A program made the position numbers and the translations under genes. The notes under the pieces were generated by a model that was not told the DNA's origin, made no database searches, and saw nothing but the letters and a program-made list of their open reading frames with translations. A stretch of DNA of 64,000 nt from Selaginella moellendorffii (lineage: Eukaryota; Plantae; Lycopodiophyta), in assembly GCF_000143415.4 (NCBI RefSeq), contig NW_003314431.1, positions 2,256 to 66,255 of the forward strand. The letters are read 5' to 3'. Below, piece by piece: positions 1 through 12,259 of the stretch; position 1 is the stretch's first letter; each line of letters begins with the position of its first letter.

Positions 1-17
1 TATGATAATTCTAGATT

Positions 18-446
18 CTATTTAAAAAGACTTAAACTTATTATCTTATAATTTAATGAATCTGGTACAAATCCAATTAAATCATTTCGTTCTCCAAGCA
101 AAAAATTTCCTTTGGGTACATTTTTCTTCATATATATTTTTGTTTTTGTTGAATCCTTCATCCAGAAATCCAGTAGTGAAGCTGATGACTTGTACAGAAG
201 ATTGACAAGATAAGAAGGTACGTTCAAGCTGATAGTCATATCTTTTGAATGCATATGGCCTTGCAAATTAATGTGCTGTTTGATTGGGGCAGTATAATTG
301 CACGACGCACATATTGCTGTGTTTTTAGAAACTCGTTTTGTAACTGTTGTGTTGCATGAACCACAAACCATATGAATTATTAAAGGACACCGATTGTCAA
401 TCTCGAACCAACCAGGTATCTGCATCAACAACCTATTATTCTCCAA
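18..446 (-). pseudogene. Possible RPA70-C-like OB/zinc-ribbon fragment (probable Helitron accessory gene)
   Basis: CGSC-x13-CASC zinc ribbon in a beta-rich context, lying upstream of a Helitron RepHel; plant Helitrons often carry RPA-like genes. Motif-level only. Confidence 0.35.
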
Positions 447-2589
447 TTTAAAAGGTTAAAGGGCTTTACCCCTTCACAGCTCCACTAAATACAAATTTTT
501 ATAATATTTTTATATGAAATTAAATAATATATCATATTCAAATAATAATAATACTAATATATACATAGTAATGTGAGCTCCATGTTTATATTTAAAAGAT
601 TAATATTTTATAATCTAGGTTAATCTGTAACTATGTTCTTCTGTATATAATTACTGAATAGTAAGTAGTGTTGAGCCATTAATAGTAATGTCTTTTTAAA
701 TTGGAATGGATAGTTTTACCATAAAGCATTAGTAGAGGTTTGTCTTAATACAAATATTATATCTCTAATATAATTATTATCTTTGGATGTACCTCTTTTC
801 AAACACCTCTAATGTAGTGTGAATATCTAGATATATTTACTTATGTATATTTATAAATGTAAAACAAGACACATAATAAAAATTTCTCTTGTTCATTAGT
901 AAACTATGAAAGTTAGAAGCATCATTACAGTTCAAATAAAAATAAATAAAGCTCAGTATGTAATCAAAAATATAGTTTCCTAAAACTAACCTATTAATTT
1001 TTGGCAGTATATAATTATTTGGTTTTGTGAAAACTCAATTGCTTTTAAAGCATGGCATCAATCTTGTAGATGTGTTTAGGGTCGTGTACCTTTTTATAAA
1101 GGCAATAAAAAGTTCAAATTCAAATTTAATGATGATTAAAAATGATCTTATCTTCCCCAAAACTTACATTATTATCTAATTGCAGTAGCAAAATTAAGAT
1201 AAATTGAACCTTGTATATAATCAATATTTCTAACATTATAAAATTAGAAAAGAAGATGTATNNNNNNNNNNNNNNNNNNNNNNNNNNNNNNNNNNNNNNN
1301 NNNNNNNNNNNNNNNNNNNNNNNNNNNNNNNNNNNNNNNNNNNNNNNNNNNNNNNNNNNNNNNNNNNNNNNNNNNNNNNNNNNNNNNNNNNNNNNNNNNN
1401 NNNNNNNNNNNNNNNNNNNNNNNNNNNNNNNNNNNNNNNNNNNNNNNNNNNNNNNNNNNNNNNNNNNNNNNNNNNNNNNNNNNNNNNNNNNNNNNNNNNN
1501 NNNNNNNNNNNNNNNNNNNNNNNNNNNNNNNNNNNNNNNNNNNNNNNNNNNNNNNNNNNNNNNNNNNNNNNNNNNNNNNNNNNNNNNNNNNNNNNNNNNN
1601 NNNNNNNNNNNNNNNNNNNNNNNNNNNNNNNNNNNNNNNNNNNNNNNNNNNNNNNNNNNNNNNNNNNNNNNNNNNNNNNNNNNNNNNNNNNNNNNNNNNN
1701 NNNNNNNNNNNNNNNNNNNNNNNNNNNNNNNNNNNNNNNNNNNNNNNNNNNNNNNNNNNNNNNNNNNNNNNNNNNNNNNNNNNNNNNNNNNNNNNNNNNN
1801 NNNNNNNNNNNNNNNNNNNNNNNNNNNNNNNNNNNNNNNNNNNNNNNNNNNNNNNNNNNNNNNNNNNNNNNNNNNNNNNNNNNNNNNNNNNNNNNNNNNN
1901 NNNNNNNNNNNNNNNNNNNNNNNNNNNNNNNNNNNNNNNNNNNNNNNNNNNNNNNNNNNNNNNNNNNNNNNNNNNNNNNNNNNNNNNNNNNNNNNNNNNN
2001 NNNNNNNNNNNNNNNNNNNNNNNNNNNNNNNNNNNNNNNNNNNNNNNNNNNNNNNNNNNNNNNNNNNNNNNNNNNNNNNNNNNNNNNNNNNNNNNNNNNN
2101 NNNNNNNNNNNNNNNNNNNNNNNNNNNNNNNNNNNNNNNNNNNATAACTAACGCATTTTGACATGTGAAGACGATTTTTGCATTTGGCATCCTTATATAC
2201 TGGATGTTGAAACAGAAAAGAAATATAGCAGGTAATTTTAAGGTACAGTGGTTGTGAAATATTTATCCCTTAAATTACAGACATGATAAAGCAGAACTTC
2301 TGCAAGGAAATAATTCGAAACTTGAGGCTTTTGATTTGGTCTCAAAACATCATGCATGGACGTCTTTACCAGAAATTAAACAGGGTGGACACCGAGATAT
2401 AGAAATGTATGAGTAAAAATCTCTTAATAAACAAGATAGATATGTTGTGAAATTTATTACTCAAGAAATTTCTAAGATAAAGAATACAAGGCAATCAGAA
2501 GCTTTCCATTTGACGGTTTTTGATCAAGTCTCTTTCGCTTCCGGTGGCTACAGTGCTCTTCTTTGGAATGGGCTGCTGTCCTCTTTCTC

Positions 2590-2710
2590 TTGCTGTGACG
2601 ACGATCGCTTGGCTGCCAGAGAATTCATTCAGATGCAACTCGAGGGAGTGAAATCAGACAAGCTGACACTCATCTCGGCCTTGGATTCTTGCATAGCTCT
2701 CTCGAATCTC
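2590..2710 (+). pseudogene. Captured PPR (PLS-class) gene fragment
   Basis: Translates as REFIQMQLEGVKSDKLTLISALDSC, resembling the PPR consensus MQxEGVKPDxVTFxSxLxAC; GC-richer island in AT-rich Helitron flank. Confidence 0.5.
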
Positions 2711-3270
2711 AAGATCTTACAGAACACATCGTTTAGTAAATTCTCTGGATCACTTAGGGGTCATCTTATTTATTTCCTTCTTCACCACTAAACAACTTGT
2801 AAGGATCCAAGATCTATTCTGAGTGTGATAGGAAGTGTATGAATTGGTGTAAAAAAAATGAAAAAACGTGTGTTCTAGGAATTAACATGATGGAAAGCCC
2901 TATTGTTTCAGTAATTTTTTTGTAAAAGGAATACGGTGAATTTAATTTGGACAGAAACTATGTTGGTGATTTAGTGTTTGACATTTTGTCAATTGTTTTA
3001 GTTTTTTGCTGTGGAGAACCAAGTGTTTTGAGAAAGAGATACTACGCTATACAACATCCAGGTAACATCTGAAAGGCTTGGATTTGTATATTTAGATTTG
3101 GGAAATTGTTTTAGGTTTGGAGCATTACTTTCTGTATTCATGGCAATTGTGTGACTTATTGTCAACTATTGTCTATTAGCCTGCCTAATCGCTTGCCTAA
3201 TCGCTTGCCTAGAAAAACTGTTTTTTGCATAGACTACAACGCCTGTCTTTGTAAATTTTGACAAATTTCT

Positions 3271-6200
3271 TTGAAAATGGTTCGAAAAAGAAAAAGGTTA
3301 ACAACTGATTTGTTCTTAAGGGATGACCAAACCAGTGAATCAAATGTTAGCACACCATGTCTACAAACTAATACAATTGTAATGGATGCACATGAAGAAA
3401 CAATGCATGTACAAACCTGTTTGAGGTATCCTGGTTTAATGCAAAATAATCATGATGGTCAATGTGAGACACATTATCTAGGAGGTATGGATAGAATGTG
3501 TGCATTCTGTAATGCTTTTCTCTTTGAAAATGAAACAAAGTCTCAATGTTGTCATAGTGGTTATGTTTCTTTGACAAACAATCTAGAGTTTCCTGTATTG
3601 ATAAAAGATTTGCTTGAAGGCAGAAAACATCATGGGAACTTCAGAGAGTGTATTAGAAATTACAATAGTGCTTTTGCTTTTGCATCTATGGGTGCTAATG
3701 TAGAGGAAATGACTGGTGGTGGACCTTATTATTTTAAGATACACGGTCAGGTATACCACTCAATTGGTAGCTTTCGACCAAAGGATGGGGAAGAAGCCAG
3801 ATATTCTCAATTGTATATATTGGACACACTTTATGCTACAGACATTAGAATGAGAAATCAGTGTAATCATGGATGCAATGTTGAACTGATGAAAGAATTA
3901 GATGTGCTAATTCATGAAATTAATCCATATGCTAAAGCTTTTAGGATGTTAAAAGATGTTGAGGAACAGTTACAGCATGCTACTTCTATAGAAAATTCTC
4001 AAGTTTGTAATGTTGTGATGTATATAAAAGGTGAAAATACTGTTGACCCAAGGAGATATAATGCTCCCATGTCTAATGAAGGAGCTGCTGTATTCACAAA
4101 TCCCACTGGAAATCCGCCATTTAATCGTAGCATTGCTATATATCCTAATCATGGACAAATGCAAGAGATATCAATTATTTCTTCATATTGTGATCCTATG
4201 GTGTACCCTTTGCTTTTTCCAAATGGTGAAGAAGGTTGGTCACCAGATATGGAATATACAGAAAGAGGGAGTGCTCTGAGACGAACAAAAGTGACTATGA
4301 TGGAATTCTATCGATATAAATTTGCTGTTCGAGGTCATTTTAGAAATGGTGTGAAAGAGATATATTTCAATCCTATTTTATTGGGAGGTAAGCTTTCACA
4401 ACAATACATGGTTGACATGTATACAAAGATTGAAGGGTCTCGCCTACAATGGGTTCAATTTAATCAAAGAGAACTTAGAGTTGAGGCTTATAGTGGCTTA
4501 TCTGATTTTGTAGTTAACAAAGCTGAACAAGCAGGTGTTCGAGCTGGAAAACTTATTATCTTACCATTAAGTTTCACTGGAGGTCCAAGGCAAATGAATC
4601 AGAATTATCAAGATGCAATGATTATGGTTAGGAAATTTGGAAAACCAGATTTATTTATTACTTTTACATGCAATCCAAAATGGAGAGAAATAACTGAAAA
4701 TTTATTACCTAGTCAAGTAGCATCTGATAGACCTGATTTAGTTGCACGAGTATTCCATGCAAAACAACAAAAATTGATAGATGACATTTATAAGAAAAAA
4801 ATCTTTGGTGAAGTCAATGCATATGTATATGTTATTGAATTTCAAAAAAGGGGTTTACCACATTGTCACATTCTTGTAATTTTGAAAAGTGAAAATAAAA
4901 TGAGAACTGTAGATGATATAGATGATATAGTGTCAGCAGAAATACCAAATCCTAGCCAAGATCCTGAACTATATGATTTAGTGAAAATCCATATGATTCA
5001 TGGTCCTTATGGTCCAGGTTTTCCAGATAGCCCTTGTTATAAGAAAGGAGAATGTAAATCTTGGTTTCCTAGAGAATATTGTGATGAAACAAAGAATACT
5101 GGAGGCCAATTTCCAGAATATAGGAGGCGTTTTGAAAGTTATAAGATAATCATTAAAAACAAAGCAATAGACAACCAATTTGTTGTTCCATATAATAAGT
5201 ATCTTTTATGAAAGTATAAAGCTCATATAAATGTGGAAGTATGCTCTACTGTGAAAAGTGTTAAATATATTTTCAAATATATATATAAAGGACATGATTG
5301 TGCAGAAATACATATGAAAATGATAAACACATCAAATGAAGGTATACTTGATTGGGATGAAATTAAAGCTTTTAGAAATTGCAGATATGTTTCTGCTTCA
5401 GAGGGTATGTGGAGAATTTTTGTTTATGATTTGCATGGGAGATCTCATAAAATTGAACGATTAGATGTTCATCTACCAAATTTACAAAGTGTATATTTTA
5501 ATGAAGGTGAGGAAGAGATTGCTTTAGAAAGGGGTCGCAGAACAAAGTTAACTGAATGGTTTAAGCTAAATAAAAGAGATATGCTTTCTAGAACTTTATT
5601 ATATCCTGAGATACCAGAATGGTACACATGGAACACAGGTAATAAGACATGGAAGTGTCATCAGCGTGGAGACATGTACTTCTGACCTAAGAGAAAATTG
5701 TACAGCCGCAGAAAATATTTGTAAAACTGATATTCTTATCTGGGATGAAATAAGTATGGTACCTGTTCATGCTTTCAGGGCTGTAGAAAGAGTCATACGG
5801 GATATAAAAAAAATAGACAAAGATTTTGGAGGAATGACAGTTTTACTTGGTGGTGACTTTCGTCAGACATTACCTGTCCTTAAGAGGGCAAAGAGATCTA
5901 TGATAGTACAAAATAGTGTTAAATGCAGTCCAATATGGCCATCAGTAGTTAATTTTACTCTAAAAAAGAATATGAGAATTAATCCTGAAGAGCAAGAATG
6001 GTCAGAATGGTTGATAAAACTTGGCAAGGGAGAGTTAGAATCTCTTCAAGGGTATAAAGAACAGACAATAAAACTACCAACAGAATGTACCAATAAAAAA
6101 ACAATGATAGACCGTATTTCTGGTACAAAATTACTCCAAATACAGTTAATTCACAGAAATCAATCTTAACAACATGAAATGATCATTCTCTTGACTTAAA

Positions 6201-6807
6201 TGAGCATGTATTGGAACGATTAAGTGGAAAGTTATTATCTTTTAAAAGCATAGACACAATTGAAAGTGATTCAATCATGGAGACTTTAGACTTTCTAGTT
6301 GAGTTTTTGAATTCCATTACTCCATCTGGAATGCCTCCTCATATTTTGAATCTAAAAGTTGGTTGTATTGTAATGTTATTAAGAAATCTTGATATAAAGA
6401 ATGGTCTATGCAATGGTATGAAATTAATTATAACAGCAGCCTTACAAAATGTTTTAGAAGCAAAGATTTTACATGGTTCTATCAAAGGAAAGAAGGTGTT
6501 ATTACCTAGAATATTGCTTAAACCTACAGAAGGTGATATGCCTTTCATTTTAAAACGACGCCAATTTCCATTACGTTTGGCATTTTCTGTAACAATATGT
6601 AAATCTCAAGGACAAACTCTAAACAATGTTGGAATATACTTACCTCGGCCTGTTTTTGGGCATGGACAGCTATATGTAGCATTATCTAGGTGTACATCTA
6701 AAACAAAGATAATTACTTGTGTTGAGGAATGTGAAGGCCAAGGTCATCTTGACAAAAAAAACAAGTCAGTATTCACAAGGAACATTGTTTATAAGGAGAT
6801 ATTATAA
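3271..6807 (+). mobile_element. Helitron Rep/PIF1-helicase (RepHel) pseudogene
   Basis: Rep motifs FITFTCNPKW, EFQKRGLPHCH (HUH) and YIFKYIYKG; helicase motifs ILIWDEISM, GGDFRQTLPV, RRQFPLRLAFSVTICKSQGQTL and HGQLYVALSR. In-frame stop at 5209, a deletion near 5665-5690 removing the Walker A region, and a frameshift near 6110-6170. Element termini not identified. Confidence 0.95.
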
Positions 6808-9800
6808 TGAGCATTTCATTTATTATTTAAGTATAATGTTATTGAATTTATTATATTTCTATAAACCCTTAGGGATTAAATACATAGGTAATCTTTAAAT
6901 ATAAATTATATGATTATACTTATTTATTTTTAATATATTATTTTAATTGTGTGTTTTTTTTGTTTTTTGTTTTACTGGTTGGTCTTTGAAATTGACAAGT
7001 AGTTTTATGCTCTTCATTGTGTAAATGACCAAACAAATTGAAACTCATTAAATGATGAAATGGTCTTATGGAAAAAAGGTGAAATGCATTACTTCACAAG
7101 CACCATTTATGAAAGTTTCCTAAGTGACTATTATTGTCATGCCTGCCTGGATACTTGCAGGCCATGGCCAGACTGCGGTCTGGGTCGTGGCAATGAACTA
7201 TAACATGTGGATCGGGAGTTCTAGCAAAAAAAGCGGTTGCACTGTTCTGGTTGTCGCTTTGAACTTGGACTGTGAAGAAATTGTTATGAGAAAACATACT
7301 TCTCAAAAAAGCAAGGGATCAATATCACCATCAAAAAAACCAATGTATGTGCTCATTTTTGAGAAGGATGTAGGACTAGAATTTGCTGCTGTTATTAGAA
7401 TCCCGATTCTGATAGTCACCGAACGAATAGACTTCTGGCACTGGTACTACTTAGTCATTGAGGTTTTTGTTCTAAGCTCTGTGANNNNNNNNNNNNNNNN
7501 NNNNNNNNNNNNNNNNNNNNNNNNNNNNNNNNNNNNNNNNNNNNNNNNNNNNNNNNNNNNNNNNNNNNNNNNNNNNNNNNNNNNNNNNNNNNNNNNNNNN
7601 NNNNNNNNNNNNNNNNNNNNNNNNNNNNNNNNNNNNNNNNNNNNNNNNNNNNNNNNNNNNNNNNNNNNNNNNNNNNNNNNNNNNNNNNNNNNNNNNNNNN
7701 NNNNNNNNNNNNNNNNNNNNNNNNNNNNNNNNNNNNNNNNNNNNNNNNNNNNNNNNNNNNNNNNNNNNNNNNNNNNNNNNNNNNNNNNNNNNNNNNNNNN
7801 NNNNNNNNNNNNNNNNNNNNNNNNNNNNNNNNNNNNNNNNNNNNNNNNNNNNNNNNNNNNNNNNNNNNNNNNNNNNNNNNNNNNNNNNNNNNNNNNNNNN
7901 NNNNNNNNNNNNNNNNNNNNNNNNNNNNNNNNNNNNNNNNNNNNNNNNNNNNNNNNNNNNNNNNNNNNNNNNNNNNNNNNNNNNNNNNNNNNNNNNNNNN
8001 NNNNNNNNNNNNNNNNNNNNNNNNNNNNNNNNNNNNNNNNNNNNNNNNNNNNNNNNNNNNNNNNNNNNNNNNNNNNNNNNNNNNNNNNNNNNNNNNNNNN
8101 NNNNNNNNNNNNNNNNNNNNNNNNNNNNNNNNNNNNNNNNNNNNNNNNNNNNNNNNNNNNNNNNNNNNNNNNNNNNNNNNNNNNNNNNNNNNNNNNNNNN
8201 NNNNNNNNNNNNNNNNNNNNNNNNNNNNNNNNNNNNNNNNNNNNNNNNNNNNNNNNNNNNNNNNNNNNNNNNNNNNNNNNNNNNNNNNNNNNNNNNNNNN
8301 NNNNNNNNNNNNNNNNNNNNNNNNNNNNNNNNNNNNNNNNNNNNNNNNNNNNNNNNNNNNNNNNNNNNNNNNNNNNNNNNNNNNNNNNNNNNNNNNNNNN
8401 NNNNNNNNNNTAAAATTAGATCGTCCTGTAAGTGGCTGAAGCTTCTACGGCTGAGACTGGAGTGATGGTAAAGTTCCAAGTGTGATTGTTTCCAGGGGCG
8501 ACCTTCAAAATAAAAAAATGCAGCCCACTTTCTGATATCATAAACACTAACTAGAAGGAAAATTCTCTTCAGGGACAGAGAGCATCTGCAAGTGTGCACT
8601 CATGTTTACATGAATTCGAGTCTGCACAAGCATGGAATTTAAGTAAGACTTTGCGGAAGTGGACTTGAGTGATATGGTGTAAAACTTGCATCGCTTACTT
8701 GTTTCTTAGTGCTTTAGCATGATTACCAGAGAAGAGGAGACTTTCCCTGTGACTCCATGTAATTTTACAACACAAACACAATTGAATCTGTCACTACTTC
8801 AACATGTGTTTAAAAAAAAATGAAAAAAAGCTTGGCCAGATATGGCCATGGCCACTACGCTCACTGTAAACAGTATAAATATCGACCAAAAACTGTGCTA
8901 TTTCCTCTTTGCGCGAGTGAAGAAAGGTAATGAGCATGGGTCCATTGAAACCGTACGCTCACTAAAGAAAATCCATTCGCTTTGAAAAAGAACCAAAATA
9001 ACTCCTCATATACTGCTTAGAGCTCTGATACCAGTCTAGAAGATAGGGTTTCGCACATTTTCCCTGCTTGAACATGGAATTGGGATAGTAACATTCTGTA
9101 TGACAGCAACATTCTTGGTGAACTCAATATACACATTCTCAAGGCCTCAATCATGAAGTTTTATGGAACCGTTCCAATGGAAACATCTTCACATGGCGCT
9201 GGGTCTGGAGCATATTGTCATGATGATTCCTGTTGTTCCTATGTTTCCTGTACTGCCTTAACGTTTGAGACAACAACAACTTTGGTTCGATATTATGAGC
9301 CTCTGGGAAAGTCTGGCAAACAGTACCATGTGCTGGATCACAGTTGTTGTGGCCCTTGTGCTCGGTATGCTGCAAAATACGATCAACTCTTCACTTATTT
9401 CCTTTGGTGATGATCAGAAAGTAATAACTTTAAATAAAAAATGGTGTTCTCCGCTGCTTCTAGATTTCTATTTGCTGCTAGGCTCTGCTTCTAGATTCCC
9501 AGGCTGGGTGGCACTCATGTGCGACAGACTTTCTGAAGAGAATTAAACTAATACGACATGTAGATGGATTCGTCAAGAAAATGTCATTCAGATTGTAAAG
9601 TTCATGAGGACTTGAAGAAATGATTTAAAAAACGTCGTGCTGGATATCCTCAAGTGTGTGAAGCATAGCCATATGAGTTCTATTCTTTGTATGAGCTATT
9701 TTGAGTTTGACTAAGAATTCAAACTATATCTTTAATTTCTCTCATCTATTTCACGTGAATTGACACTGTTAATGCAACTATGATTATGCCGCAATTGCTG

Positions 9801-10440
9801 TTAATAATTAAGAGTTTGAAAGATGACATAGGAGAAGTTAGGGTTGAATCCAAGAAAAAAGTTTACATCATTCTTGAAGAGATGGAGAATGAAAACTCCA
9901 CAGTTGAGAGATGTGATGGTAAGAGGCAAGTATTAATGTTTGATAAAAACATGATGTTTGGCTATGCAGGTCTTAAGCTACTAAGCATTAAAAGTGGCAA
10001 GAGGAAAATGGACAAAGACAATGAAATGTGTACAAGCATGCAACACAAACTGTCAAGTAAACACAATCAAAAGTCAAAGCAAAATATGTGATTCATATTG
10101 TCAGATAAAATGCAAAACATCATGGATGAGTGGACAAGAACCTGTCAAATGAAATGCGAGGATGATGATGCTATAAAACTTAAATCTGGTGATGAACAAG
10201 CAAACGTTTTCGAAAAACCAGGTACTTTGAGAGGCATTCCTTTCATGTCATAAATTTTTTTTCCTTAGAAAATGAAGTGAAAAATAGTGATGTTCACTTT
10301 TTTGAAGATAAGACAGATAGTTCCAATGATGAATCAGGTGAGATGTACATAGAAGTGATTGACTAACGATTTCTAAGATTGTGATATGAATTTATGAAGA
10401 TGATGCTGGCCGTTATAAAAGAAATGATACAGAAGTAATG

Positions 10441-10762
10441 TCTGTCGATTCAGAACAGTTGAAGCATATGGCCATAGAAGAAGCAATAGATATACATATG
10501 ATAAATGAGAGTGCTGGTAACTTAATGTTTGCTGGATATACTCTTAACTATTATGGTCTTAGAAAAAATACACCTACTCCCAGAGGTAGCTGACTACGAA
10601 TTGATATGACTGATTTCATGGGTAATGAAAGTATCACAGTGTGGATGTATCTTGAGGTAGTGGAAAAAAGAGCTCAACAATTTGCAAGAGGAAAGTGGCT
10701 GAAGATAATTGGATTTGAAGTTGTCCCAGTAGTTCCAAAGTATGATAGAGGAATGTGGAGAT
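10441..10762 (+). pseudogene. OB-fold (RPA70/DUF223-like) gene remnant, interrupted by a retroelement and resuming at 14883-14906
   Basis: LRIDMTDFMGNESITVWMYLEVVEKRAQQFARGKWLKIIGFEVVPVVPKYDRGMWR continues in frame as YTHLTVIE once 10763-14882 is removed. Confidence 0.5.
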
Positions 10763-11652
10763 TGTAGCGCACCTGAATTTGGAGCCGAACTCCAAGCCCA
10801 TTGCGCTACAAAACGAGGCTTCGGTACAATCCCACGAGCATCAGCTCCTCGTATCCAACACCTGTACGCAAAATGGTGTCAAACGGAGTTTGGCACAATT
10901 TTAGCATACCGGTGGCCTAACGCAAGAAGGAGGGTACTCCACCGACTAGAGTAGCGTGGAGTTTGGGCTTAAACCCAAGCCGGATGTAGAACAAAGAGTG
11001 ACATAGCCCAGCGGAAGCCAAACTAATGTCTCAGGTGGTCGGACATGCATTCCAACCACTATCCCTACTATACATTTGGAACCCCCCACAGCCCCCCCCC
11101 CNNNNNNNNNNNNNNNNNNNNNNNNNNNNNNNNNNNNNNNNNNNNNNNNNNNNNNNNNNNNNNNNNNNNNNNNNNNNNNNNNNNNNNNNNNNNNNNNNNN
11201 NCCATTGTATTCAGGCCGATTTCTACATTCCGTAGATATGCCAAATGAACTAATCTAGATACTTTCCATAAATAGCATTTGGGACCGAAATGAGACCAAC
11301 ACAACGGGCGTGATAACGAGGGTGTTTGGCAGACATGGTAAGCTATCATCTGGCGATATTGAGGGACTAGTCTCAATACGCGAGGGTTCTTGCCAAGCCA
11401 GTGCAAGACAGAGCAAAAGAGAACTAACAAGCCGAGCCAAGTATGCTTGGCTAAATAGACACTTAGGAATTCCTTCCTTATGCCCATCCGGCCAAGTACA
11501 GATACTAAGTCTAGTTTACTAACACTTGGACAAGAGGGGTCAATAAAGGGAACTAGCAGTATCGACCTCCTGCCGTCATGGCAGTAAGGAAAGAGTGCCC
11601 ATAAGGACTGGTCAACAAGTATCTTTTGATACCCGAAGTCACATTCGTAACA
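10763..11652 (-). repeat. LTR family A copy (3' LTR; contains a 100-N gap)
   Basis: Homologous to 41072-42216 and 59232-60365; TG...CA ends; abuts a polypurine tract on the minus strand. Confidence 0.85.
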
Positions 11653-12259
11653 CTCTCCCCCCCTTGGGGAAGATCGATGTCCTCGTCGATGTATACCCGA
11701 GTCTAGCAAACCGTCAAGGAAACAACTCCGAAAGTTAACGGAAAGCACACTATGTGGGAAACATACTAACTTAAATGAGTTATGGAACGACCTCTCCTCT
11801 ACGTCCAAAGACGTTAAGACTCAGACACCCTCCGACCGTCACCGACAAGGAAATGACTAATAGAGTTAGCCACCCTTGCTGCTCCAAGTACCACTCAGCT
11901 TACAAAGGAATGATACATCCCTGCCCGCAGGGACATAGGGAGAAGACCAGAGGCCCAACTGCCCTGAGCAAGAAATCAACCCCATCGGGAAGATTTAGAC
12001 AACTATTATAAACTAGCAAATTAAGTTGTTTACACGACCATGCCCCTTTTCGAAAATGAGTCCTCGAGAGAGAGGCGGGGACTTGTGATCAGTCGATAAT
12101 ACTTATCCCCATGGTTATGGATTGGACCCATGCACCGAAGTGCCGAAGTCAGCCTGCCAAAACTGACCCAAGTACAAATGAACGAGAGAAACGACATTTT
12201 GATTTATAGAAATATATTACTTTATTAATTTGCAAGATTGATTACAAGATTTACAAAAG

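Noticed and set aside
1126-2190. Long ORFs spanning N runs (also 7124-8599, 11026-11258 and 61238-62462)
   Set aside because: Artefacts of translating assembly gaps.
9022-9033. GCTCTGATACCA (tRNA-iMet 3' end or reverse PBS)
   Set aside because: Only 12 bp, with no tRNA body and no recognisable adjoining LTR.
9153-9546. CGPC thioredoxin-like motif, or a membrane-protein (P4-ATPase-like) fragment in another frame
   Set aside because: Two incompatible weak readings; neither is supportable without a search.
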